A stretch of 64,000 bases of DNA. Origin: Pristiophorus japonicus. Lineage: Eukaryota. Positions 12,461-24,164 of this stretch are shown here, piece after piece. The stretch's first letter is position 1. Each line of letters starts with the position of its first letter. The notes under the pieces are model-generated. The model was not told the origin of the DNA and ran no database searches. It saw only the letters and a program-made list of their open reading frames with translations. The stretch is taken from positions 51,460,001 to 51,524,000 of the forward strand of contig NC_091995.1 of NCBI RefSeq assembly GCF_044704955.1. Direction: 5' to 3'. A program made the translations under genes and the position numbers.

Positions 12461-15398
12461 TTGGGGAATGGTAGCGTAGTTGTAACATCACTGGACTAGT
12501 AATCCAGATGCCTGGACAAATTATCCAAAGAACCGAGTTCATAATCCCACCACAGCGTGTCCGTAGCTGGTGTCGAGTGCTCCGTTCGGTTTTATTTTTA
12601 TTATTGCTGTTCGTAGCGGTTGTGTACAACTGAGTGGCTTGTTCGGACATTTCAGAGGGCAGTTAAGAGTCAACCACACTGTGGGTTTGGAGTCATGTAG
12701 AGGCCAGACCGGGTAAGGACATCACTGAACTAGATGGGGCATTGAAAATAATTTAATTAAATAAATCTGGAATAAAATGCTAATCTAGATATTTGGTGAA
12801 TATGAAACTACCGGATTGTCGTAAAAACTCATCTGGTTAACCGATGCCCTTACCCAGTCTGGCCTCTACGTAACCCCAAACCCACAGCGTGGTTGACTCT
12901 TAACTGCCCTCTGAAATGGCCGAACAAGCCACTCAGTTGCACACAACCGCTACGAACAACAATAATAAGAATAAAACCGGACGGAGCACTCGGCACCAGC
13001 TACAGACACAGCACCAGCACACCCAGGCCAATCGACCCGCTCCACATGATATCAAGAAACGGCTGAATGCACTGGATACAGCCAAGTCGATGGATCACAA
13101 CAACATACCGGCTGTTGTGCTGAAGACTTGTGCTCCAGAACTAGCTGCGTCTCCAGCCAAGCTGTTCCAAGCCAGCTACAACATTGGCAATGTAGAAAAC
13201 TGTCGAGGAATATCCTGTCCACAAAAAGCAAGACAAATGCAATCCGGCCAATTACTGCTGCATTATGTGAGGTTATCCACTTGGGTGGTAAAAACAGAGA
13301 GACAGACTATTATCTGAATGGTGACAGATTAAGAAAAGGGGAGATGCGACGAGACCTGGGTGTCATGGTACATCAGTCATTGAAGGTTGGCATGCACGTA
13401 CAGCAGGCGGTTAAGAAAGCAAATGGCATGTTGGCCTTCAGAGCGAGGGGATTTGAGTACAGGGGCAGGGAGGTGTTACTACAGTTGTACAGGGCCTTGG
13501 TGAGGCCACACCTGGAGTATTGTGTACAGTTTTGGTCTCCTAACTTGAGGAAGGACATTCTTGCTATTGAGGGAGTGCAGCGAAGGTTCACCAGAGGGAT
13601 TCCCGGGATGACGGGACTGGCATATCAAGAAAGACTGGATCAACTGGGCTTGTATTCATTGGAGTTCAGAAGAATGAGAGGGGACCTCATAGAAACGTTT
13701 AAAATTCTGATGGATTTAGACAGGTTAGATGCAGGAAGAATGTTCCCAATGTTGGGGAAGTCCAGAACCAGGGGTCACAGTCTAAGGATAAGGGGTAAGC
13801 CATTTAGGACCGAGATGAGGAAAAACATCTTCACCCAGAGAGTGGTGAACCTGTGGAATTCTCTACCACAGAAAGTTGTTGAGGCCAATTCACTAAATAT
13901 ATTCAAAAAGCAGTTAAATGTAGTCCTTAATACTAGGGGGATCAAGGGGTATGGCGAGAAAGCAGGAATGGGGTACTGAAGTTGCATGTTCAGCCATGAA
14001 CTCATTGAATGGCGGTGCAGGCTCGAAGGGCCGAATGGCCTACTCCTGTACCTATTTTCTATGTTTCTATGTTTCTATGTTTAATCTACCCTCAATCATC
14101 AGCAAAGTGATGGAGGGTGTCGTCAACAGTACTCTCAAGCATTACTTACTCACCAATGACCTGCTCACTGATGCTCAGTTTGTGTTCCGCCAGGACCACT
14201 CGGCTCCAGACCTCATACACCCTTGGTCCAAACATAGAAAAAAGAGCTGAATTCCAGAGGTGAGGTGAGAGTGACAGCCCTTGACATCAAGGCAGCATTT
14301 GATCGAGTGTGGGATCAAGGAGCCCTAGTACAACTGAAGTCAATGAGAATCAGGGGGAAAACTCTACACTGGCGAGAGTCACACCTAGCACAAAGGGAGA
14401 TGGTTGTGGTGGTTGACGGTCAATAATCACAGCCCCAGGACATCGCTGCAGGACAGTGTCCGAGGCCAAACAATTTTCAGTTGCTGCATCAATGACCTTC
14501 CTTTCAGCATGAGGTCAGAAGTAGGGATGTTCGCTGATGACTTCACAGTATTCAGTTCCATCCGCAAACTCCTCAGATAATGGAGCAGTCCATGCCTGCA
14601 TAGAGCAAGACCTGGACAACATTCAGGCTTGGGTTGGTAAGTGGCAAGTAACATTTGCGTCACACAAGTGGCAAGCAATGACGATCGGCAACAAGCAAGA
14701 GTCTAACCACCGTCCTTTAATATTCAATGGCATTACCATCGCCAAATCCCCTACCATCAACATCTTGGAGTTCACCATTGACCAGAAACGTAACTCGACC
14801 AGCAACATAAATACTGTGTCAACAACAGCAGGTCAGAGGCTGAGTATTCTGCGGCGAGTGTCTCACCTCATGACTCCCCAAAGACTTTCCACCATCTACA
14901 AGGCACAAGTCAGGAGTGTGATGGAATACCTGCCATTGCCTGGATGAATGCAGCACCCACATCACTCAAGAAGCACCATCCAGGACAAAGCACCCACTTG
15001 ATTGGCACCACATCCACCACCTTAAACATCGACTCGCTCCACCACCAGCGGACCGTGGCTGCAGTGTGTACCATCTACAAGATGCACTACAGCAACTCGC
15101 CAAAGCTTCTTCGACAGCACCTTCCAAACCCGCGACCTCTACCACCTAGAAGGACAAGGGCAGCAAGCAGATGGAAACACCATCCTGATTTGGAAATATA
15201 TCACCGTTTCTTCATCGTCACTTGGTCAAAATCCTGGAGCTCCCTCCCTAACAGCACTGTGGTAATACCATCACCATACATACAGCAGCGGTTCAAGAAG
15301 GGGGCTCACCACCATCTTCTCAAGGGCAATTAGGGATGGGTAATAACTGCTGGCCTTGCTAGCAACGCCCACATCCCGTGAATGAAACATTTAAAAAA
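12461..15398 (+). mobile_element. Composite element: tRNA-derived head fused to an internally deleted second LINE family (CR1/L2 group RT), A-rich end
   Basis: A-box-like TAGCGTAGTTG 12472-12482 and B-box-like GAGTTCATAATCC 12535-12547. RT motifs LKTCAPELA, SIISKVMEG, ALDIKAAFDRVW, FADD. 3' end ctcaagggcaattagggatggg...tgaatgaa plus A6. Confidence 0.75.
13264..14081 (+). mobile_element. 5'-truncated CR1 nested in the composite LINE
   Basis: CEVIHLG...KAGMGY (ORF ending 13979), TTTCTATG tail; the host RT resumes at aatctaccctcaatc. Confidence 0.93.
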
Positions 15399-15845
15399 GC
15401 TGGGCCGGAGATGGTGCATGTAGTTAAAGTCACTGTGTGTACACAATTGATGTACTGAGAAATGGGCCGGAGATGGTGCATATAGTTAAAGTCACTGTGT
15501 GTACACAATGGATGCACTGAGAGCTGGGCCCGGGATGGTCCATGTACCTCAGTCACTGTGTGTACACAATGGATGTGCTGAGAAATGGGCCAGAGATGGT
15601 GCATGTAGTTAAAGTCACTGTGCGTACACAATGGATGTGCTAAGAAATGGGCCGGAGATGATGCATGTAGTTAAAGTCACTGTGTGTACACAATGGATGT
15701 ACTGAGAAATGGGCCAGAGATGGTGCATGTAGTTAAGGTCACTGTGTGAGCACAGTGGATGTACTGAGGATTGGCCCGAGATGGTCCATGTATATCAGTC
15801 ACTGTGTGTCCACAATGGATGTACTGAGAGCTGGGCCCAGGATAG
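15399..15845. repeat. 60-bp minisatellite (about 7.5 copies), right part
   Basis: Successive 60-nt lines from 15421 to 15781 align vertically. Confidence 0.95.
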
Positions 15846-16245
15846 TCGTGGCTGTGATCCGACTGTGTAACATGTTGAGGAAGTTTTAATCAACGTGCTC
15901 TTTGCTCCATTTGCTGCGGTTTGTGTGCAGAGACTTTCTGCTAGCACTGTTAGTCTCTTAGTGACATAAAATGAAACTTTGTGGCTTTAGTGTCTGCTGA
16001 ACTGGACAGACACCCAAATCCCTTCAACAAGCTGTTTCCTTTACATGATGCACAGTTCCACACGTTCAATCATCCACCCGTGAGAGGACAGCTGGAAATC
16101 ATTGAAATCTTTGCAATTTGCTCCATAACAGTAAACCAAGTCATGAACAAACTGCAGCGAATATGTAATGTCCAATAGTCCATGCACAGGACTTGAGCTG
16201 TTAAGAAGGCATATTTCCCGTTTGCCTTCATTCCAGAGATCCCTT

Positions 16246-16816
16246 ATCATCATAGGCAGTCCCTCGGAATCAGGGAAAACTTGCTTCCACCCCTGAAGTG
16301 AGATCTTTGGTGGCTGAACAGTCCAATAAAAGAGCCACAGACTCTGTCACAGGTGGGACAGATAGTCGCTGAGGGAAGGGTTGGGTGGGACTGGTTTGCC
16401 GCATGCTCTTTCTGCCGCCTGCGCTTGATTTCTGCATGTTCTTGGCATTGAGACTCGAGATGCTTAGTACCCTCTCAGATGCACTTCCTCCACTTAGCGC
16501 GGCCTTGGGCCAGGGATTCCCAGGTGTCAGTGGGGATGTTTCACTTTATCAGGGAGGCTTTGAGTGTGTCCTTGTAACATTTCTGCTGCCCACCTTTGGC
16601 TCATTTGCCGTGGAGGAGCTCCAAGTAGAGCACTTGATTTTGGAGTCTCGTGTCCAGCATGTGAACGATGTGGCGTGCCCAGCGGAGCTGATCGAGTGTC
16701 GTCAGTGCTTCAATGCTGGGGATGTTAGCCTGGACGAGGACGCTGATGTTGGTGCGCCTGTCCTCCCAGGGGATTTGGAGGATCTTGCGGAGACATCATT
16801 GGTGATATTTCCGCCA
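16246..16816 (-). mobile_element. RTE (BovB-like) LINE 3' fragment
   Basis: Minus strand encodes YHQRCLRKILQIPWEDRRTNISVL...DQLRWARH and ends gggactgcctatgatgat. Confidence 0.85.
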
Positions 16817-16924
16817 TGACCAGACCCCGCCAGTGTAGTTAACTGCAATGGCAGCACCTCTGCTCCACATGTTACAGTGCACAGTTCCATGTACCAGTAT
16901 TATTTCTGTTACAGTAGTGGTATT

Positions 16925-17348
16925 TAATACTCAGTCCCGTAACCTTACCGGGTGCATAATCTCTGGGGTCAGTACACTTGCCCCATCACTATTCAGCACA
17001 ATAACCTTACCTGGTTCAGAGACTCTAGGGCCAATACACGTGCCCCATCAATATTTAGCAGCATAATCTTAACGGTTACAGAAACTCTAGGGCCAGTACA
17101 CGTGCACCATCAATATTCAGCACCATAACCTTACCGGGTACAGAAACTCTAGGGCCAGTACACGTGCTCCATCAATATTCAGCAGCATAATCTTACATGG
17201 TACAGAGACTCTAGGGCCAACACACGTGCCCCATCAATATTCAGCAGCATAACCTGACCGGGTACAGACACTCTAGGGCCCGTACACATGTCCCATCAAT
17301 GTTCAGCACCGTAACCTTACCGGGTGCAGAAATTCTAGGGCCAGTACA
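16925..17348. repeat. 59/60-bp minisatellite (about 7 copies)
   Basis: Unit cagcataaccttaccgggtacagagactctagggccaatacacgtgccccatcaatatt. Confidence 0.92.
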
Positions 17349-17687
17349 AGTGAGTCATATTTACCAGTGCAGAGACTACTGAGCTACTTTTGGCAGTGGA
17401 CATTGAAGTCCCCACTCAGCGGACATTCTGTGTCCGTGCTTCTCTGAGTGGTCCCAAACTGCCTTCAATACGGAGCAGTACTAAATTTGCAGTTAATGGA
17501 GATTGGGCTGATTCATATCTGGTTTCCAGCCGGACCTTTCCTTGGTCTCTCTTGTCCCAAACTTATGAGATATTTGTGATAGAGTATTTTTAAATGAGGA
17601 ATGGGGTAGTGTGGAAGACAAAGATTGGGCACTCTCACTGGGGAACCCAGGTTCAATACAAAACTCGATGAAAGCTAGATTGCCCCA

Positions 17688-18020
17688 CAGGGTGATTTCA
17701 TACCAGTGTGCTAAAGGTTCACACTGTCCCACTCGGTGATTTACTATCAATGTGCTAAAGGTCCACACTGTCCCGCTCGGTGATTTACTATCAATGTGCT
17801 AAAGGTTCACACTGTCCCACTCGGTGATTTACTGTCAATGTGCTAAAGGTTCACACTGTCCCACTCGGTGATTTACTATCAATGTGCTAAAGGTTCACAC
17901 TGTCCCACTCGGTGATATAATATCAGTGTGTTAATGGTTCATGCGATCCCTCAAGCTTTTTCCATATCAATGTGTTACGGGTCCTACTATCCTACAGGGA
18001 GATTTAATCTCAGTCTGTTA
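17688..18020. repeat. 44-bp minisatellite (about 7 copies, decaying 3')
   Basis: Unit ctcggtgatttactatcaatgtgctaaaggttcacactgtccca. Confidence 0.92.
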
Positions 18021-18970
18021 AGGCTACTTTCAAGCGCGCAGAATAAAGTTTGAAGTAAGTTAGAAGATATAGATGTAAGTTGGTGGCTTGCGAGTTGAAA
18101 ACAAATAATAAGAGCAACTTTCCTCAAGGATGATGAAAGCTACGATATATTCCTCAGTAGGAAATCAAACATTTTCATAATTAGTGGTATTTTAAATGCA
18201 GCTCGAATCTGCTGGGACAGTCCTGGCCCCGGAGGGACAGGTTGCAATGTGCTCAATGGCTTTATTCGCCGATACAAAATGTCAACCTATGTTTGACCAC
18301 AATACAGATTTGGCACTGGTCCTCCAGGTTGTTTCGATATTAGTTCAGGAAACATTGTTCAGAAAACCTGGTAAAATGTAAAGAAAACCATTCTCCGCTG
18401 ACTGAACCCGACTGGTGCAAACTGGGAAATTAAGTCGAATGCACAATCCCAGATTAAATCGTCACAATTCAGCTCAAAGACCGAGCTGCTAAAAGAGAAT
18501 GGGACCGTCAGGTAGGCTTTGTGAGGAAGGCATTGAAAGATGCAAAAGACAATTTTGTGGATACAATTAATGTTTGTATTTAAAATATAATTTTGAGGTT
18601 TTAAAATGTAATATTTTATTGTGGACATTAGAATGTTCAGTTACTAAGAGACAACATTGATTGAAAAAAACGCAGAAATATGTTTGAATGATTTGTGGGA
18701 ACCCTGTAGCCACACTGCATAATTTCAGTGTGATTAGTTTAGAAAGATAAACCCTGGATGGATTGCTGGCTAAGTAGACCCGTAGATCGACCGGTGGAGA
18801 GATAGATAGATAGACTGACTGACATACAGACAGACGGACAAACAGACGCTCATCTCTTACGTTTCATCTTCTCAGGAAATCTGCATTTAGTTTTACTAAT
18901 TAAATAATTCCTGATGTCAGAATATACGTTTAGACTCTTGTATAAATTGCTCAGTGATCTGGTGTTCTAG

Positions 18971-19230
18971 AGTCCCACTCTTTGATGTATCACTACACAC
19001 TGAGCCATGGGATTTCTGATCTTCCGGACTATAGTATAATGGAGGTTCGGTTTGGCTCTGAGATAGACTAATGTGACAGCAATATGTACATAACGGTTCC
19101 GAGGAAGCATTGGATGGTGAAGTCATATGGCAACAGTTACTGGGAGGGACTCATAATTACTGTAACCAGTTTCCACGGAATCAGAAATTGCAAGATTCCA
19201 GAGCGGTAAAGCAGATGAACCCAAGTTCAA
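18971..19230 (+). pseudogene. Orphan MHC class I alpha1 pseudo-exon, paralog of 48795-49055
   Basis: Acceptor gttctag, donor GTAAGC at 19231. Reads SHSLMYHYTLSHGISDLPDYS...ITVPRKHWM...YWE...FHGI. TAA at 19069-19071; 260 nt versus 261, i.e. a frameshift near the end. Confidence 0.9.
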
Positions 19231-19419
19231 GTAAGCTGGTTTGTAATAAAATGAAACAAAACCATGTAAAGTTCCTTGGATCCACCTGGCAAAATGCACA
19301 GCAAACAATCGCAGGTTATTTATGTAATTTACTGTTGCCTTTTCAGTCAGCTGTACTAGAGCACTATGAAAGCAGTATTCTGTAAATACATTAGCAATGT
19401 TCCTAGATGAGTGAAGGGG

Positions 19420-19740
19420 ATAATACAGTAACCTTATTAGGATAGTACTGCACGGGGAGCCCAGAGGTGTTCAGTCTAAATTCCAATATGGGGTGTTGAA
19501 AATTGAAAACAATGAACCTGAAAATTTGTGGACTATCACCAAGAAAAATTATCATGGATGCTAGCGATTTATCATAAAATCCGAACTGTTTCACTAATAT
19601 CTTACAGAGAAGGAAACCAGATGCTCTCTCCCCGGGCTGGCCTACAAGTGATTCTCTCCCACCCAACATATCTATCCCTTAATGCAGTCAAGGCATGAAG
19701 GGATGACATGAAATGCTGGTTTTCCATTGTCACTCACATA
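19420..19740 (+). mobile_element. Old degenerate copy of the tRNA-derived SINE/LINE head family
   Basis: cactaatatc...gaaggaaacc...ctggcctacaagtga resembles 12830-12880. Confidence 0.45.
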
Positions 19741-20621
19741 GGAAGAACAACATATAATAAGCTTGCAATTCTATATATTGCTGATTTACTGATTTAATAT
19801 CAGTTTATTTGCACAGTCGATAAATAATTGCAGTTTAGGGAAAATTAACAATCATTTAATGGATGATACTTGTGCCTTGATAATTGTTCATGCCTCTCTC
19901 AAGCCTAACCAAAAGCAATTGGTCTAATCTTCAGTTTCTTCACACTTATTTGTTTTCCATCTGTAGACATTGTTAGTTATAATATCTACTGAAATCCGAA
20001 ATCACATCTCAGTTCAAGTTTGATCAGAAATGGTGGTATGCCACTTTGGTCCAAAATAATTTTTACTCAGCCACTCTTAACTTTCAACTTACTTTTATAT
20101 TTCAATACATCCCTCATGTCTTGGGCCGCGTATCTGATTTTAAATTAAATTCGCTCTTCCTCTCCGGAAAGTACAATTTCTTGCCTGACTATGATCCAAG
20201 AGACACCCTCCTCGATCTGATACAAGCAGCACTCCTCCACTGAGGTTCTGGACAGTGAGTGTTTGTGGACTATTTAGCTGTGGAGGTGGGAGGGGGAGGC
20301 AGCACAGCTGAGACCGTGCTGTTTTTACATCAGTCCGAGCTCATAGAGTCACTATATTATGGTTAGGAGCGAGAATTCTGGCTAATTTTCCCCGCCTTAG
20401 CCCAGTGAGGATGAAGCCAAATGCAGGTCCCTGTAACCAGCTGTCCGTATCCTTGTATAATGGTACATGGGCATTCAGTCTGGTCCGGATCAGCTGCGAA
20501 CTACCATTACCAAATGAGCCTTCCAGGCGAGGTGGCAGGTTCTTCTGCCATCTCTCTATCGCCAGGCTGAGCATGGGACATGAAACAATGTTTCATCTGA
20601 TGGCATTTCTCTCTCGCTGAC

Positions 20622-20855
20622 TGTCATCTATTCAACCAGCATTGTAACCCATGTATAAACTGACCTAAGTTGTACACCGTGAGAACACTGACCACTAGGT
20701 GGGAGACACTCCTAACCTGGACCTTCAGATATAAAAGGGGAAGCTCCACCCACCTTCATCACTTGAGTGCTAAGGAATAAAGGACAGGTCACAGACTGAC
20801 CTTCTCTCAAGCATGGGCCTCGTGTGCATTTATACTGTGTAGTAAGGACGTATCA
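20622..20855 (+). repeat. Solo LTR (234 bp)
   Basis: TGTC...ATCA termini, internal TATAAAA and AATAAA, flanked by CTGAC / CCGAC (5-bp TSD with one transition). Confidence 0.8.
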
Positions 20856-23800
20856 CCGACAACCTCCAATTCCATTTCCTTTGTGATACTCATGTTACTG
20901 GGGTCAATGTGGCCAACAATGTATTCTCCTGATTCTTCCAAGCGCCAGGTAGGCATTCTGAAGGCTCTTCCACCTTATTACTTTCTAACTGTGCTTAAAA
21001 CAATGCTATCGATATTCTGCCCTCCTCTAACTCATTCCCCCTTCAACCCGCGCCCCCTTCAATATTCCCATACCACAATCATCAGTTTGAAAACCCGGAA
21101 TTGGTCTTACTGAAAAACAGCTTCCTCATTGAACATCTCTTTCCATTTTCCTTGTTCAGCTCGGCGCTCTCCTGCCCTTCTTTAACTTCGGTTCTTCGTT
21201 GCATTTTGAAAATGGAAGCCTGCTGTGAAAATATTTAACTATTTGAATCAATGATGTTGCTTTAGAATGTTGAAGTTCTGTTAGGTTCTAGTTTTATGCA
21301 GTTTATCAAATGGACATTTACCCAGGAAGCCAATGAATTGCTGTGCACATTGTTTGATTACACAATGCTCTCTTACTCCCAGTTTCTATGAGGACCGACA
21401 CTCAACTATCGCTATTGGTCTTTCATCTGGGCATCCAGAAAAGCCTTTGCTCTCTTTGTCCTCAATCAGCTTCTCCCCTTTTATATCACATGACTTTTGA
21501 CTTTCGCTGTTTGTATGACTGAATAAAATTGGAGAATTGGAATGGTTTTTAATCAGTCATAAATTCCTGGATGAAAAGAAACACCGTCCAAATGAAAAAC
21601 GCTGAACAAGAAGCAACAAATTAAAACTGCAACATCCTTATATCAACTGTCTCTATTTCAGAGAGTAACACATTCTGTACAATGTCAGTCAGATTGCTTA
21701 GACCAGTAACAATAATTTGCCGCAGTGGCAGTTCAGGATTTGATTCCCGAGGTCACAATGTGTTGCAGTGTCCAAATGTCATGATGACTATTTCCTCTTT
21801 TCCATATTTCAATCTGAATCTTAAATACGTTAATTTGGAAACTACTTACGATTTCTCTAAAAATGCCAGAAACAATAAAAGGTCATGAACACATTTACAA
21901 TCTCCTGAGACATAACCTCAGAATAAGTCTAACCAACCTAAATACAGCTATGCAGTGTCTTCATAGACACTCGATCACTGACACAGAATTTCTAATTTAA
22001 ATACAAAAACTACATGCAAATTGATTTGCCTCACACACACACACAAACACAGATAAAAATGTGATATTGAATGATGATCCTCTTAACGATTTGTGTAAAG
22101 AGACTGTGGGAGTATGCCTGAAGACACTCTTTGGAGCATGGAAATGCTGTCTCTCCAAACTAACCAGATACAACAGAATATCGACAATGGACGATGAATA
22201 GATATTGTGGAGTTTTGGCCGCTTATGTTTGAGTGTCAGCTAGAAATTAAATGGGACCTTGCTGCGGGAAATGAAATTGTTTTTTATGGCTCATTATACA
22301 GTTAAGCGATGTAGTCTTTGGGAGAGTGAGTTAAATGGGACAGACAGTTTGCTTTTGCTCCATGGTTTTCACATATTCTGAACAGTACATTCATAAAGCA
22401 ACAACTGCATTCCAGTTGTCTTCTAATATTTATTGTCTTCCATTCCTATCACTAAAACACGGGGGAGAATTTGTTGTGTTGCCTGGTTTACGATTTAATT
22501 CCTCATAAGGCAGAGAACACTCCCATATCCTCAAAAGGAAACATACATCAATAGAACACTTCCATTGGAACCCCTTTCCAAACGCGCTGATCTCCCGACT
22601 GCCGCATCTCTTTCAATCCCCATCTTTCTCCCTCAGCCTTTAACCACATTTGCTTATCTCTCTCCCATGGGTTGGGACCGTTACTCCCGTTCCCTCTCTA
22701 TAAAGTGCCTGGAAACTTCTTGTACACCAGGGTACTCTATAAATGTAAATTTTTAATGGCTGTGGAAGTGATTTGGAAATACCAATGTGACCAACCAATC
22801 AGGAGCTGGATCTGTTCGATTACTAACGTTGTTCGTTGTAGTGTTTAGCGGATTGTTCAAGTTAGGCTTGTTTCCTTTAGAAAGAACATTGGAAGGTACC
22901 TTAACTGAAGTTTTCTTGGCTCTGTGGGAAATTGGCACAATCTATCCAGAAGAAAGATTCACTCCGGCGCAATCCTGGCCACACTGAAGCCAACAATTGT
23001 TTCTAATGCTGATTTCACAAGTCTTTTGTGGGAACAATCGGCTTCCATTCTGAAAAGCGCAAGTTTGCGCAGTTGAAATTCTTAGCTGCTGGCCATCTTT
23101 GTCTGGTAAAGCCACCGGAGAAACAACACTACCTCATCCGTGTAAAATAAATTATCCTCCTCTCACCTTTGGTTCTTTTCCCGACTACCTTAAATCTGGG
23201 TCATTTGCTTACATGATCCTTCTTCCAGTGGATCCTTCATGAGTTTGAACATGTTTATTATATCTCCCCTTGAATACCTCTGCTCTAAGGAGAACAATCC
23301 CAGCTTCTCTCGTTTACCCACAGAATCACTGCTGTTTCATTCAGGGTCACTATTGCTGTAAATAAGGGCAAATACATTAAACATCATGAAGTTATAAGCA
23401 AAGTGGAATATCAGACGAAGCCTCCATGTCCAAATTTGTGTTCATAATTCTCTACGTCTTTCTGACGTACATTTTCCCATTGATGAATCACAGGAAGGAG
23501 AACATGTGGGGGAAATCTTAACCTAACCCGCCCTGCGGGCATGGAATGAGTTCGGGTCGGACACCTGTTCCCCAGGGGCCAAATTTGAAGAACCACAATA
23601 CAACACATTTGACATAATTATCAAATGCTTGAAGTGTACGGGTAGAATATATAACTGAACAATTTTTGGATTTCTCACTGACCACCACTTAAAATTAAAT
23701 GGTTTCCTGTCATTTCACCATAGCCTGTTTTGCGCTGTGTCTGAGTCCAACTTGCCCCCTGGTCAATATAATATAAACTAGTCAGCATGGATCTGTAAAG

Positions 23801-24164
23801 GGAAGGAAATGTTTAACCAACCCCATTGAATAATTTGAAGAGGTAATGGAAACACATGCCTCCAGGAAGTTTTGTCCAGGAGGGATCTGTGCTGAGAACT
23901 TTCACCATTGTTCACCATATACAGCACCGATTTGGACTCAGAAATTCGAGGTATGGGGAATAATTTTGAAGTTGCTGATCAGCCATCTATTATCCATTTC
24001 TCGGGAGATATATTACTCATGGTGTCGAAATTTGCACATGGTACCAATTGGAATGTTGGTTAGTAAAAGAAGGACTGCACTATAATACAAGAAGACACAT
24101 CAGGCTTGCAGAGTGGGCAGATACATGAAAAATTACATTCAATGTAGCGAAGAGTGAGGTAATA

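Noticed and set aside
15872-15955. Possible leader exon for the orphan alpha1 (MLRK..NVLFAPFAAVCVQRLSA)
   Set aside because: Needs a frameshift and has no phase-1 GT donor.
11048-18020. Regularly spaced repeats as a CRISPR-like array
   Set aside because: Units are contiguous with no unique spacers, the context is eukaryotic, and there are no cas genes.
21662-21780. THSVQCQSDC / WQF-GFD alpha2-like words after an acceptor
   Set aside because: Motifs fall in different frames with wrong spacing; cannot be separated from chance.
22787-22987. Hydrophobic ORF as a TM exon of the dead paralog
   Set aside because: Hydrophobic run is short and there is no credible acceptor.
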